A program made the position numbers and the translations under genes. DNA of 63,589 nt, the filler included, from Collodictyon triciliatum (lineage: Eukaryota): assembly GCA_043381765.1 (NCBI GenBank). It is 7 parts of 7 records of this genome, joined end to end, with 100 filler letters (N's around TTAATTAATTAA, not from the genome) between each part and the next. Parts side by side here need not be neighbours in the genome. Positions count along the whole stretch, not along the records: positions 38,304 to 47,817 come from JBHJMP010003001.1; positions 47,918 to 57,374 come from JBHJMP010003004.1; 5 more parts are not named here. One strand, given 5' to 3'. Each line of letters opens with the position of its first letter. Positions within the stretch are counted from its first letter, which is position 1. Below, one piece after another: positions 43,696 to 54,977 of the stretch. The notes under the pieces were generated by a model. The model searched no databases, had not been told where the DNA came from, and saw only the letters and a list, made by a program, of their open reading frames with translations.

Positions 43696-44387
43696 GTATA
43701 TGTTAAATTTATATTAATTCAGCTCAAATACTTTTTAATTATTCATATCGATTAGGCTTAAAAAAATCAATGATATAACAATCTTGCATATTTTCCGCAT
43801 TAAATAACCCTCATATGGAAATCTACCCTAGCCACTTTCCTATTTTATACCAAATATCCTTAAGGAGAAATGTCACGAAATGAAATTCAGATGATTTTCT
43901 AAAAAAAAGGACGCGCAAAACCTCGTTGCCAACCCTGTGCATCCGCTCGCTTCCAAATCAGTCCAGTCGGGGCTTAGTTTTCCGGCTTTTTTCTTGCCAA
44001 GGCCCGGTAAAACACTAGAACTCGAGCTTCCACTGGGCAGTCTCTGGGAGCAACTTTCCATAGGCGGATGAGCCTTTGCCATAAACAAAATGTTTCTCGC
44101 CACACACAAGAGCAACCTACCTTTCGCCGGGCAGCCACACAAAGGAGCAGGCAGGTATATGTAGATGGAGTCATCTCTTGATTTCTGGGAGAAGACAGAC
44201 CTTGGACAACAACCACGTATCTCCACCCAACGCAGGAATATTCTAGTTGCCGGCGGCACACAAGCCGAAAGACAAATCCATGCGAAATTACCGCAAGGCA
44301 GCATCATGAATTACACCTTCGACTATAACCATCCAACTACATATTAATCAAAGTAAATACACACAACAGACATCCACACTAAGTGCA

Positions 44388-44927
44388 ATGGTCCCCCCTT
44401 CGTGTTTCGTTCTTCAAGTGTCGTCATACCTCCAGTCCATCACTTCGCGGCAGCCCCTTCACCAAACAGTATTTGATCAAGTATCTTCAGCTTGCAGAGA
44501 GACCTCTGTGAACAGTTTTCCAATAGTTCAAAGTGTCCTTTGTCTTCTTCACAGGGCTGAGGAGTACAACGTGACATCCTCAACAGTGATTACAAACTCG
44601 GTGTTGTACGTCCATCGCTTCCTCCGAACGACTCAATCACAGCTAACCGCAGAGAATGCTATCCCGATACTTACCATGGCCTTGTGCATCGCCAACAAGT
44701 TTTGCGAAGATACACCCTACGATAACAGAACATTCTCGCAGCTGTCTGGAATCCCTCTTAAGATATTAGGCCAGCTGGAGATATACTTCCTTAGTGCCCT
44801 TCGTTTTCGCCTTTCTGTCAATATTGAGAGCTATAAGCGTTTGCATGAGGCATTTAGCACCCCGATTGAAGTATCAACTCAACTCATTCTCTCATCTACC
44901 CAAGTGTCGCTTTCAAACTCGAAGTGA
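44388..44927 (+). CDS. PHO80/Pcl/cyclin-U family cyclin, intronless (copy 1)
   Basis: LYVHRFL...ALCIANKFCEDTPYDNRTFSQLSGIPLKILGQLEIYFLSALRFRLSV cyclin box. Confidence 0.9.
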   Translation: MVPPSCFVLQVSSYLQSITSRQPLHQTVFDQVSSACRETSVNSFPIVQSVLCLLHRAEEYNVTSSTVITNSVLYVHRFLRTTQSQLTAENAIPILTMALCIANKFCEDTPYDNRTFSQLSGIPLKILGQLEIYFLSALRFRLSVNIESYKRLHEAFSTPIEVSTQLILSSTQVSLSNSK

Positions 44928-46798
44928 GCCTACAAAATTCGATGAGATGGCGATAGTCATTATTTTTTTTTTCCGACGACTTCTTCAAACTCCTGGCATC
45001 ACTCCATGCACCTGTAAGGCTGGAGAGAGAAAGACCTATACTGCAGCCTTTACCTTCGGTAGCTCTTTACTTTGACCCTCAAAGATAACCATCTGCCAAC
45101 TCATAACCATGATCTTGTGATAGATAATGTTCTTGTTAGAGACATCAAACTCTCATGTCCAAGGGCTTCTTAATCGCGTGTAATTCCACAATAAAGTATT
45201 TGCTAGCCGAAGAGTGATACCTGCATTCTTTTTTTTCCGGGTAATGTCTATTTAACGCAATAGTATTGACCGTAGTCGTGTCGGGTTTGGATTCTATTAC
45301 TGCATCCCATAACCCAATTATACAAATATAGTGAAAGTAGCTCCACTAGTAGGTTATTGCGACACAAAAATTATGTAAGTAGAGAGTAAGGAAGTATTAC
45401 TCTGACTTAGCGAAGCACATAGTAATAATCTATACTTAAAAAGCGCTTCTCAGGGATATTTCACAGAAAAGTGAGAGCCTAACACCACCAGGAGTTGGTT
45501 TTTACTCCCAGGATGAAGGTAATATCAGAGGGAAAAACGGATCATCAGAAATAGTTGAATGTTTGCCACAAAGCCCTAGGGATTAAGTCAGACACGAATG
45601 ATAACGAATGATTCGAAAAATGAAAGTAAAAAAGGATCCATTAAAAAACCTAACATATCTAGCATCACTCAGCTGAAAGATGAACGAACCAGCGAGATTT
45701 GCGCGATTTTAGATAAAGTAATTTGTAATCGTGTTCATCTAGCGATTAAGTTGGATTCCAACATTGCTTCGAATGTGCTGTTGTGATGAAGGTATCCAAA
45801 TGACACCATTCATAGCCACGCGAATAACTAGAACCTTGCCGCATCTCAAACACTGGGTTTTGCGTTGCTTGTGCTTCATTTGGCGAGCTTCCACCTTTGG
45901 TGCCATCTTGGAATTATAAATTACCGTTTTCGTTAGAAAAGTAGACCGAGTTTCGATATATTTGTTTACAGCTTCAAAGATATTCCAAGAAACTTCGACG
46001 AAGGCTGACCAGATAAGAATTCTCGTACCCAGGGTACGACAAATAAGTCCAACAACAAAGTCTCATCCCAAAACACAAGAATTTCGTTGGAAGGAATGAC
46101 GCCAAGGAAAAGAAAAAAAAGGAGCACAATTCAGCAATTGATATCATCAAATACCACACAAAGAGAGCGTAGTATTTAAACAAAAAAATCGGTGTAGGGG
46201 CAAACATTATTTTGAAACCATTAAGGCAGTGAATACTATGTAACAAAGACGAGTATATACTCGATTTTCACGAAAGTAATAGCGGGCACGTATCAACCGC
46301 AAATTGTATTGCCGGGCGTAGCTCCATTCCTCCGGGTATTCTAGACACTTTTCCAAATTCGACCGCACGTTTTGCTGATTGCCATTATTTTACAGAAGTG
46401 AAGTAGAATGATATGAACCTGAATGTGGTGATGTGAAATCAAATCAAATCAAATCAAATCAAATCAAATCAAGATGGACTTGATGAGATTCTATATTTCC
46501 AATTGACCAAACATTTTCGTTTCTGATCCCTCGAGAGAAAGATTCCGCCTTCTGAGTGTCTAAACATCTTGAAGTTTGAATCGATAAAATATGAGAATAC
46601 TTATTCGAAACTTGCTGCGCGCAAGGGACCCTTATCGACTCGTTTATTCTCTATTTCTCAGCATCCAACAACCCATTTATGATTTTTTGTTCATGTATTA
46701 TTTCATTCATGCAATTCCCCCTCAATATACAAGAGGCGACCAGAAACTCTTAGAGTCGCATTTCTATACAGAGCAGTCTCTCCTAAAGTAACCAGGCC

Positions 46799-47341
46799 AT
46801 GTCTGCTCAGCCGCCTTCTTTTTTTGTGCTGCAAGTGGCCTCGTATCTGCAATCTATCACACTTCGCCAGTTGATTCAACAAACAGTGTTTGATGATGTG
46901 CTTGGCATTAATAAGAAGTCAAAGGCACCGGCGATCATCGTCCCAAATATTTCACAGCTTCTGCAGCGAGCTCAAGAGTACCAAGTTGCATCCCCGACAG
47001 TTGTCATACACTCTGTTCTCTATGTACACCGGTTTCTTCGAAGCACACATTCACAGCTGACAAATATAAATATCGTTCCCATGTTTACCACTGCATTGTG
47101 TATCGCAAACAAGTACTGCGAGGATATCCCTTACAACAATCACACCTTTTCACAACTTTCTGGAATCCCGCTGAAGATTTTGTCCAGACTCGAACTTCAC
47201 TTTGTTGGCGCCCTTCGTTTTCGACTCTACGTTAACAACGACAGTTTCCAACAACTATTTGATGTATTCCTTCCTCTATCGTACAGGGCAAAAGACCAGG
47301 AATATGTCGCACAGATAAACAAAGACTATCATACTTTTTAG
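46799..47341 (+). CDS. PHO80/Pcl/cyclin-U family cyclin, intronless (copy 2)
   Basis: LYVHRFL...ALCIANKYCEDIPYNNHTFSQLSGIPLKILSRLELHFVGALRFRLYV; colinear with copy 1. Confidence 0.9.
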   Translation: MSAQPPSFFVLQVASYLQSITLRQLIQQTVFDDVLGINKKSKAPAIIVPNISQLLQRAQEYQVASPTVVIHSVLYVHRFLRSTHSQLTNINIVPMFTTALCIANKYCEDIPYNNHTFSQLSGIPLKILSRLELHFVGALRFRLYVNNDSFQQLFDVFLPLSYRAKDQEYVAQINKDYHTF

Positions 47342-47560
47342 GCCGCCCTAACTCACATTATTGTGCCTACAAATCTTTTGTAAAAGCCTGCACATTCTTT
47401 CCCAAAGCCCAAACTTTTTCTATTAATCTATCTGATAACCTAGCTGGTTTTTTAGAGCCTGCAATAAAAGCAATCTTGTGTTTGAAATGAACTGATCCTT
47501 ATCATCATCGAACCTGTCAACACGATTCGGCTGTCATAGCTCTCTTTTGTCCTCTGGTTT

Positions 47561-47649
47561 ACACTTTTCATGTTTTTTCTTCTCTCCTTTATTAGATCCA
47601 AAGCGCAGCGAGGTTATGCCATACGAAGGGGCACACACTTTTCATGTTT
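47561..47649 (-). mobile_element. 59-bp retro-insertion of the LINE 3' end with perfect 15-bp TSD
   Basis: acacttttcatgttt at 47561-47575 and 47635-47649; the insert matches 42827-42873 at 41 of 47 positions by eye. Confidence 0.88.
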
Positions 47650-47817
47650 AAACAAATATTATCTGAGCCAATCGCCTCTCTGTACGGCCTTATCACTACC
47701 TATACAAGTAACAAAGAAACGAAGAATCTAAACTAAAACAAAAAACAAAAAACAAAAAACAAAAAACAAAAAACAAAAAACAAAAAACAAAAAACAAAAA
47801 ACAAAAAACAAAAAACA

Positions 47818-47917
47818 NNNNNNNNNNNNNNNNNNNNNNNNNNNNNNNNNNNNNNNNNNNNTTAATTAATTAANNNNNNNNNNNNNNNNNNNNNNNNNNN
47901 NNNNNNNNNNNNNNNNN
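47818..47917. other. Artificial contig linker
   Basis: 44N-TTAATTAATTAA-44N. Confidence 0.97.
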
Positions 47918-49560
47918 CGCTATATTCGGTGGTGTACTTGACTGATTCATTCTCTTTTCCTCGGGCGAGGCTTTATCTTCGACGGTTTCGATATTTTTTG
48001 GTGCGCCAGTGATTGCAGGATGAATAACCGGTGTTTTATGTTCACCTACGTTTCTTTTTCTTGGATAGGAAGGTGTTTCTCGCTGGGAGTCGCAAGAGTT
48101 TTGACAGCAGGTCTGCTCCCATAAACAGTACTTGAGTATAATTTGTCGTTCCCGAAGCTTCAAGGTGCTCATTTTCTTCTTCAGCGGAACTTTCTATGAT
48201 GAAGACGGGTTGGATGGACTGTTGTTAATCCAATCCCGAGTCTGGGACTTCTCTTCTTATGGATTGCGCAGTACTTGCTGAAGAAAGAGTCTCTTGGGTG
48301 GTTCCAGGAGCCATGACCTCTAAGGAGGCTAGTGGATGTGGTTTGCTGGGTGCCATTATGCTGTTTCCCGATTCTGTTACCGAGTTGGCTTGGGTTTCCC
48401 TTTCCTCGGCGTCCTCTCCATGATTTAAATGAGAGCTTGGTGAGATATAATCGACTTTGGGTGGCTGGTAATGTTGGAGGCTAGCGATGTTTCCTCCACT
48501 TGGAAAGAAGTGATTCAAATACTGATATTTCTTCCTCTGTGTTCACTGGTGAACTTGATGAAGCGCTTTCGGGAAAATCGCCTGGTGTTTCGTCCATTAT
48601 TTCGATATCCATTTCTTGATTTTGGGAGGCTCCTGAACCTTTTCCTTGATTATGACATCGAGCACTTCATCCACGGATGTCTTGTCGCGATTTCTCCCTC
48701 TGCCATTAAAGGACGACGCGTGTTGCCTTTGGCCTTGTTTGTGGGCTCTGGGCTTGTTTTGCACAGACGATTCCTGCACGGTTGGCCAGTCTTTAGCAAA
48801 AAGATCGGCTACTTTTGTGTTGAAGCCTGAGAAGCGAGTGGCGGTGTTTTGTTTGTCGGTGGCCGCTTGATTGGTGGGCATCGGCTTGGCAGCAGTAGCT
48901 GTTTTTTTTGTGGTTTGTGGTTTGACCTTGTGTGTCATTCCCTTCTTTGTTGGGGAGAGTTGATGGGATGTCAGACTCTTTGAGGGCGCGTATCTCCACG
49001 CGACAGCGTCTGCCATGAATGACGACAAAGGGAGGTATTTTCCTCATTTTTTCCTGTTCTTTGTCAAACGTAACGAGTGCACCATTCATACATATTCCTC
49101 CAGGCTTTGTCCAGCTGACTTTGATTGGGGTGAAGTATTCGCTGCAGGCCTTAAAAATATCAGTCCAGCTGACCCCCAGCGGTATGTTAGACAGGTGCGC
49201 AACCTTTGTGACAGTTTTTGCTGACATGGGAGTGTATTGGTGATTGAGGAGCTTAAACGACCCCTCCTTAATGAAGGTAGCTGCGTTTTCTTTTCATGGG
49301 AAGGCGATCCTGAGTCCAAGGGCAGGGTTGTCTACCATTAGAGTTACGTCCTTCTCGTAGCACTTTCGGCCTTCCATCACAGCCCGCAGTTGCTTGCACA
49401 TATTACTACGGTTTTCGAAAGAGAGAACGGGACATTGTTTGCCCCGAAGGCGGACAAAGCAGTCGTCTTTAAAGAGTTCGTTCACAATCGCACTTCTTTA
49501 TCGTGGTATGTCAGCCGCAAATGGTCGATCGGGAGGTTCCGTTTCCCGATGCAAGCTCGA
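47918..49560 (-). mobile_element. Decayed Tx1/L1-like ORF1 (RRM-type), with stops and frameshifts, running into the linker
   Basis: ORFs 49294..49485 and 48793..49227 share a frame across one stop: GLRIAFP*KENAATFIKEGSFKLLNHQYTPMSAKTVTKVAHLSNIPLGV...EYFTPIKVSW...NGALVTF...IPPFVVIHGRRCRV resembles Tx1 ORF1; a long low-complexity tail follows; no introns seen. Confidence 0.65.
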
Positions 49561-50334
49561 CCCTGCACGAGGCTGACTTTCGCCATAAAGCTCATGTCTC
49601 ACTGAAGTCCATCGATGGTTGAATTAAACAGGAAGTGACAATATCTGACCATAGAGGGTGAAAAGAATCCGGACTTGTGCCAGTTATGCACGCATTCATT
49701 GTGGCTACAGGCCAAACCGCAGGATGCAATTCCTTATTACCGACTACTTCTCTGCCACCCGGCCACCAAGTGGCGTCCATGCAAACGATGGCTAGCGACC
49801 CAAAGCCAGCATCTCCACCATCCTGCACAAAATTGAAAGGAAGAATTAAAAAAATGCACACATTCATTGTGTACGCTGGTGTGCATATGGCTTGTTGGCG
49901 CCATCATGGGTACTTTTTGGATCCAGATAATCGACTAGTACACCCACTTGACTAGAACAAAAGCAAACATGCAGAAAATCGTCTTTCTGGTTAGCTTATA
50001 TCTCTCATTCTTCTAGCCAGCGGGTATTGAAGAGCCAACCCAACACAAAAAAATTACACAGAATAGCATGAAAAATAAGAGGAAGAGGTGACGATATTGA
50101 CGATGATGATGATGATGACGATGATGATGATGAAATACCAAATAATCGATCTCATTATATACGTAAAAGATACACAGGTAAATGAAGAAATATAAACAGT
50201 CAAGACTTTTGTGTAATGAGTTCATTTAGAATGACAGGAATTCGATGGAAAGAGGAAGAGGAAAGGGAAACGGAAGAAGAAAGAGGTCACTGCTATTCCA
50301 GAAAAGATTTCTTTTTTCTGTGCTGCGGCCCAAG

Positions 50335-51087
50335 TCATGGGATATGATCGAACGCCTGTGCATCCCGACTGGAAGGGCAGCATGCGTGCGTGCGGAAGAT
50401 GGCCACAAGAAGAACGCCAAAGAAGGCACCGAGGAGCGCCGACAGCGGCAAAAGGGCGGCGAGACGGGGCAGCAACTGCGTGATTGCAAGCTGAGTGGCA
50501 AGGAGGGCGGCTGCGAGGAGGACTCGTGCAGCTGTGGCTGTGGCTGTGGCTGTGGCTGTGATTGTGGCTGTGGCTGTGGCTGTGGCGGGCGGTATGGGGG
50601 CCAGGACGACGCGGACGCAGCAGACGCAGGAGGGGAGGGCGCGCGCAAGGACGGAGCGCAGGACAGGGGGGAGGAAGATGTAGAGGGTGAAGACGGCGAG
50701 GGCTGCGAGGGTGCGGGCCGCGCGGTCGGACGAGAGGCTGCCGTCCTGCGCGTCGAGCACCAGGCCCAGCACAACGAGGCTGGCAAAGCCGCCGGCCACC
50801 CCGGCCACCTCGCAGAGCCCCGCCGCAGCCCCCGCCGCGCTGCCGTCGCCGCACTCGCCCGTGCCGAAGCACCCCAGCTGCACCGCCGTCTTCACGCGGT
50901 ACGCCTCGCCGCACACCTCGCAGGCCGCCGCGCTGTCCGGCCGCCCCCGCTGCTCCGCCCGCGCGCGCACCCACCGCTCCAGGCACGCCCCGTGCACGCC
51001 CCCGACGCTGCCGCGGCACCCGCACAGCCCCACCAGCACGCCCTCCCCGCCGCCTCCGCAGATCCGGCACTCCTCTGCGCCGTCCAT
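50335..51087 (-). CDS. MARCH-type RING-CH (RINGv) membrane E3 ubiquitin ligase, intronless
   Basis: CRIC...LCGCRGSVGGVHGACLERWV...CEVC (C4HC3), followed by several hydrophobic helices. Confidence 0.9.
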   Translation of the reverse strand: MDGAEECRICGGGGEGVLVGLCGCRGSVGGVHGACLERWVRARAEQRGRPDSAAACEVCGEAYRVKTAVQLGCFGTGECGDGSAAGAAAGLCEVAGVAGGFASLVVLGLVLDAQDGSLSSDRAARTLAALAVFTLYIFLPPVLRSVLARALPSCVCCVRVVLAPIPPATATATATITATATATATAARVLLAAALLATQLAITQLLPRLAALLPLSALLGAFFGVLLVAIFRTHACCPSSRDAQAFDHIP

Positions 51088-51189
51088 CGCCTGCCTCCCG
51101 CTGCCTTCTCTTCCGGGCGCCCTGCCTGCAAAGCTGTCTCCGTGTAAACGCGCTTAGTGCCTGTCCCCGAGTGTTCCGATCACTTTCCT

Positions 51190-51330
51190 CTCTGTTCTGA
51201 TCTCATTCCCTATGATCTGATCTCTTTCCTGTCTGTTCTGATCTCTTTCCTGTCTATTCTGATCTCTTTCCCTATTCTGATCTCTTTCCCTATCCTGATC
51301 TCTTTCCCTATGATCTGATATCATTCCCCC
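51190..51330. repeat. Pyrimidine-rich minisatellite (ctgatctctttccctat-like, 18-22-bp units) upstream of the MARCH gene
   Basis: About 7 degenerate tandem units. Confidence 0.85.
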
Positions 51331-52712
51331 CTTTCCGGTCAGATCCGATCAGAACTGTTTCTTTTCTGTCTTCTTTTTGCATTCAATCTGTTGGCGGTCG
51401 TCCTTGCTGACCGTCTCTTCGAGTCTCGTTCTGATCCCGCAGGCCTCGCAAAATAGGTCCTCCCGACGAATTCGGACTCGAGGTGGTGCCGACCCTGCCC
51501 ATGGATAAATACTCCTCCCCGTTGTTTGGTTGTTTCGAAGACACAGACTCCTGTACCCTTCCGTTTTTCTTTTTCTCTCTTCTCTTCTCTGTTGTTTACT
51601 TTCCTTTGCTTTCTCTTCCAGAGGGAAAAGTAAAACACCAAAAAGCTGGACATGCCTTCTAACCTCGCCCTTTCCGCGCACGTATTTTCTACCAAACACC
51701 AAACAAAAAGGCATCATGACGGCTCTATGTCCTCCTATGCAGAACGCCTACAATAAGGTATAGATTGAATGAGACGTAAAGAAACCCAGAGAACGCAATA
51801 TATCAAAAACATTTCATTTATTCCTTCCTGTACTGGAAGACTCAAAAACCATATTTTATTATAATTAATACTGATAAATAAAGAAATCGGTCTCCGTCGC
51901 ATGTAGGCTGCTTTGGAGGCTCAGGACTGCAACATCAAGTATTTCTTGCGATTTCCGAGTGCTTTCACTATTCGCAGACAAGTTTCACATCGTTATCAGA
52001 TAAACGTATGGGTTTTGGATTTAATAAGATGATTGGAACACCCTAATGTATACCCACATTTCATTATATCCTCTTTTTAAAGCTCTTACAACTGGCATTT
52101 TTTTTAACCCTCTATATTTTTTTCTAGACTGCATATTGTATTCACTGAATATTTAAATGAAATAGACAACAGCCGTGCAAGACTGTCTAACTGTGTGCCT
52201 TTGTTATCATTGTGCTATCTGCCAAGACTCCCGAGAAATCCAAAGTCGACACTCTTCAATTCATGCGGGTAGACAGAGAAGCTATGTCCCAACCAATGCG
52301 TGGGCGGCTCGAGAGATGAAATGAGTAATTACATTGTATGAAGAAAAACGATTTCTGTTTACAAGTAATAATCAGGGACATGATATACATCTTCTTGCAG
52401 ATTGCGCATTATCTTTTGATCAGACTTTGAATATATAAATAGATCAATAAAACATTTTTTCCCAACATAAGAGAGAAAAGAGAAGAGTAGTCGCCATTTT
52501 CACTTTTTTTTTCCCCATTATTTATAACATGAATAAAAATTACATGACTTGTACATATAATTTCATACCAATACCTTGGTCTTGTACATATTTATATATG
52601 CTTTCGATTTATTTTTATGTATTTATTAAAAATAAAAAGGGAGAAATGTATTAGAGGCTAGCATGTTTGGTAATCCTCTTGTTATTTCAGTCTGACATGT
52701 GTATCATTAATA

Positions 52713-54520
52713 TTAGCATGCCGAATTATGATAACAATAACAAAAATAAAAAGGTAAGACGATATCGTTGACTAAAGAAGATAAATAAATACCAAATGTA
52801 AATGGATCTCCTTTTCGAAGTTTGGATTTTAATGTTGGTTCCTTGTAAGAAATATATGATGCAGAAATCCTGGAGCTTTTATGTGATAACCCCTCCTCAC
52901 TTACTGAACCTGTGGAAAAACTCAGCCCGGGAATATCATCGTCCCTAATGTTCCTCAATAATGAACTTTTCACTGAAGAAAATTCCATGAAAATATTGGA
53001 ATCACATATGGCTCATACAGACTGATTAATTTATAGTATAATACCTTGTATTTCTTGCTTGCTTTCCCTTGGAGGCATTCTGAAGGTCATTTTCGTTTTC
53101 CTGTTTACAGAGCGAGCATTGTATATGATGACTTGAGGACGAAAAAACAAGATAAGATCGGTGTTCTCCTATGTTACTGAAGTCAACCTTATCCTTTTCC
53201 TTAGTTTTGAGATGCACCTTTCCTAGTTTTATTTTAAAAAATAAATAAATTGTACTCCAGGGAAAAAAAATTTTTTTCCTTTATTCGATTCAAAGTTACT
53301 CCAGGGAAAAATTAAAAGGTGATGTATATTAGACCAGAATTGCACAAACCGATTGGAATGTCTTCCTTTTCTCCTCTCCGAATTTCTAGTTGTTGTTTCC
53401 CCTTTAACATGAGGTAGAGATGGAAAAAATAAAATGAGAACTCTTGTGCAACTCTTAACTTTTAAATGTATTTCTGTATGAATCGTATGCGAATCACGAG
53501 GCGTAGTAAATGTGCAAGATATTTTATACTGTCACCTCAGAATCAAAGTTTGCACTAAAAATTTTGTCTCTTAGTGCTAATATTTCCGCTAGTGATGATT
53601 CTTGTAGTTCCTTGTTATATTTTGCATACAATCATAAAGATAATGTGCGATATAGTCACATGTACCCATACACCTGATATTAATTACATCGACTTTTAAA
53701 ATACGTGATGCTTTTTCACCAAAGATTGATTCTGAAGTTGTAGTCTGGCTAGTTGTTGCGCTATTTCTATATGGGAGAAGAAAAAAAAGATAAGGTGATT
53801 GGGAACATATGCCCATTTCTTTCGATTCACTTTGTAAATTATCGGTATTACCATGATTTTGCTGGAGATATTGCTTCTTTGCTGCAATCGAACAGGATTG
53901 TTCATATATTTTGGTATCAAGGAATGAAGAGATAGGATTAGAACTTTGAAGTAACCTACTCCCTTTATATTCGTGAATACCGTTCCCCACCTTCCTGCAA
54001 TTCTAAGTGAAGTCTAGCATTTTCAGCTTCCAGTTGATGTTCTCTCAGACTAATAGCATCTAATTGAATTAATACTCTTTTACAAAAATAAACCTTATCA
54101 TTTCATGAGTGAATAAAAAAAAATTGGTTGGTGGATCCCTTCATCTATGCAACTTAATTTCTCGACATCAGTATTGAAAGAAAATTAGGAGTTATGAAAT
54201 GAGAGTAGACGTCATTATTACCTACTGTCGCTGATAATGATAAGCAGTCACCTCTATTTGCTCCTTTCCTTGGGTGATTTGGCAGATATTGCATTCCCTC
54301 TTTTTTTCTTCTTCTTTTTCTGAACAGACCTCGGCCATACCGAAACAAAATGTTTTAATAGGTCACCATGAAAGAAAATTCTTTCATGCATGTGCTGATG
54401 GACTCACCCGTTTCTTTTGAGGCAGCATCCCTTTTGTATAATTACAGAGTTGGTATCTTTATGCACCCTGGACTGCGTTTCAAAATTGTATGCCGGATAA
54501 TGGTGCGGCCATGAATGCCC
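52713..54520 (-). CDS. Hypothetical multi-exon low-complexity/coiled-coil protein; boundaries uncertain
   Basis: Splice-bounded segments such as DAISLREHQLEAENARLHLELQE and MEFSSVKSSLLRNIRDDDIPGLSF; no family recognised. Confidence 0.35.
53253..53313 (-). mobile_element. ~26-bp retro-insertion of the LINE 3' end with ~17-bp TSD
   Basis: tactccaggg(a)ntt on both sides (A8 vs A5) of tttttttcctttattcgattcaaagt; core identical to the 405-428 insert. Confidence 0.85.
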
Positions 54521-54869
54521 ATAGACTCACCTTTTTCTCCCTACCGTTTATTAGTTTTTTTTTCACAATTTTTTAACGTCCACCTTTTCTTTCTTTTTTA
54601 AAAAAAAATATATATATAAAGTTTCTGTGTGTTTTAGCGTTTCGAGTGTCGTGAAGTCACGGTGCTGTGGGGGTAACAAACTGCGGTGTAGCCCCCAAAA
54701 AAAAAAAAGAACGAACGAGGCCGGCAAGGTACGATACTTATGAACCATACTTTCCACATTTAGATAATAGACAACAAAGGCTCTGTCTTTGCGCACATCT
54801 GCTCGTCTGATATTCGTGTGTCGCACCCTTCTCGGCGAAAAGGAATAGCCAGGATACCAAGGCAAACAC

Positions 54870-54929
54870 ACTACCACCGTTCTTTTTTTTTCTTCCTTTT
54901 ATTCGAATCAAAGAAACTACCACCACTCT
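54870..54929 (-). mobile_element. ~32-bp older retro-insertion of the LINE 3' end with degenerate 14-bp TSD
   Basis: actaccaccgttct and actaccaccactct flank (t)n-cttccttttattcgaatcaaagaa, 48 bp upstream of the BRF2-like ATG. Confidence 0.7.
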
Positions 54930-54977
54930 AAACACAAAGGCATCTGCACACACAGATAGGCCGAACACAGAAACAGC

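Noticed and set aside
42817-49560. ORF1 and ORF2 relics as one full-length element that captured two cyclins
   Set aside because: A linker lies between them, no RT or endonuclease sequence is visible in between, and no shared TSD was found.
51190-51330. CRISPR-like repeat array
   Set aside because: Units are directly tandem without unique spacers, there are no cas genes, and the context is eukaryotic.
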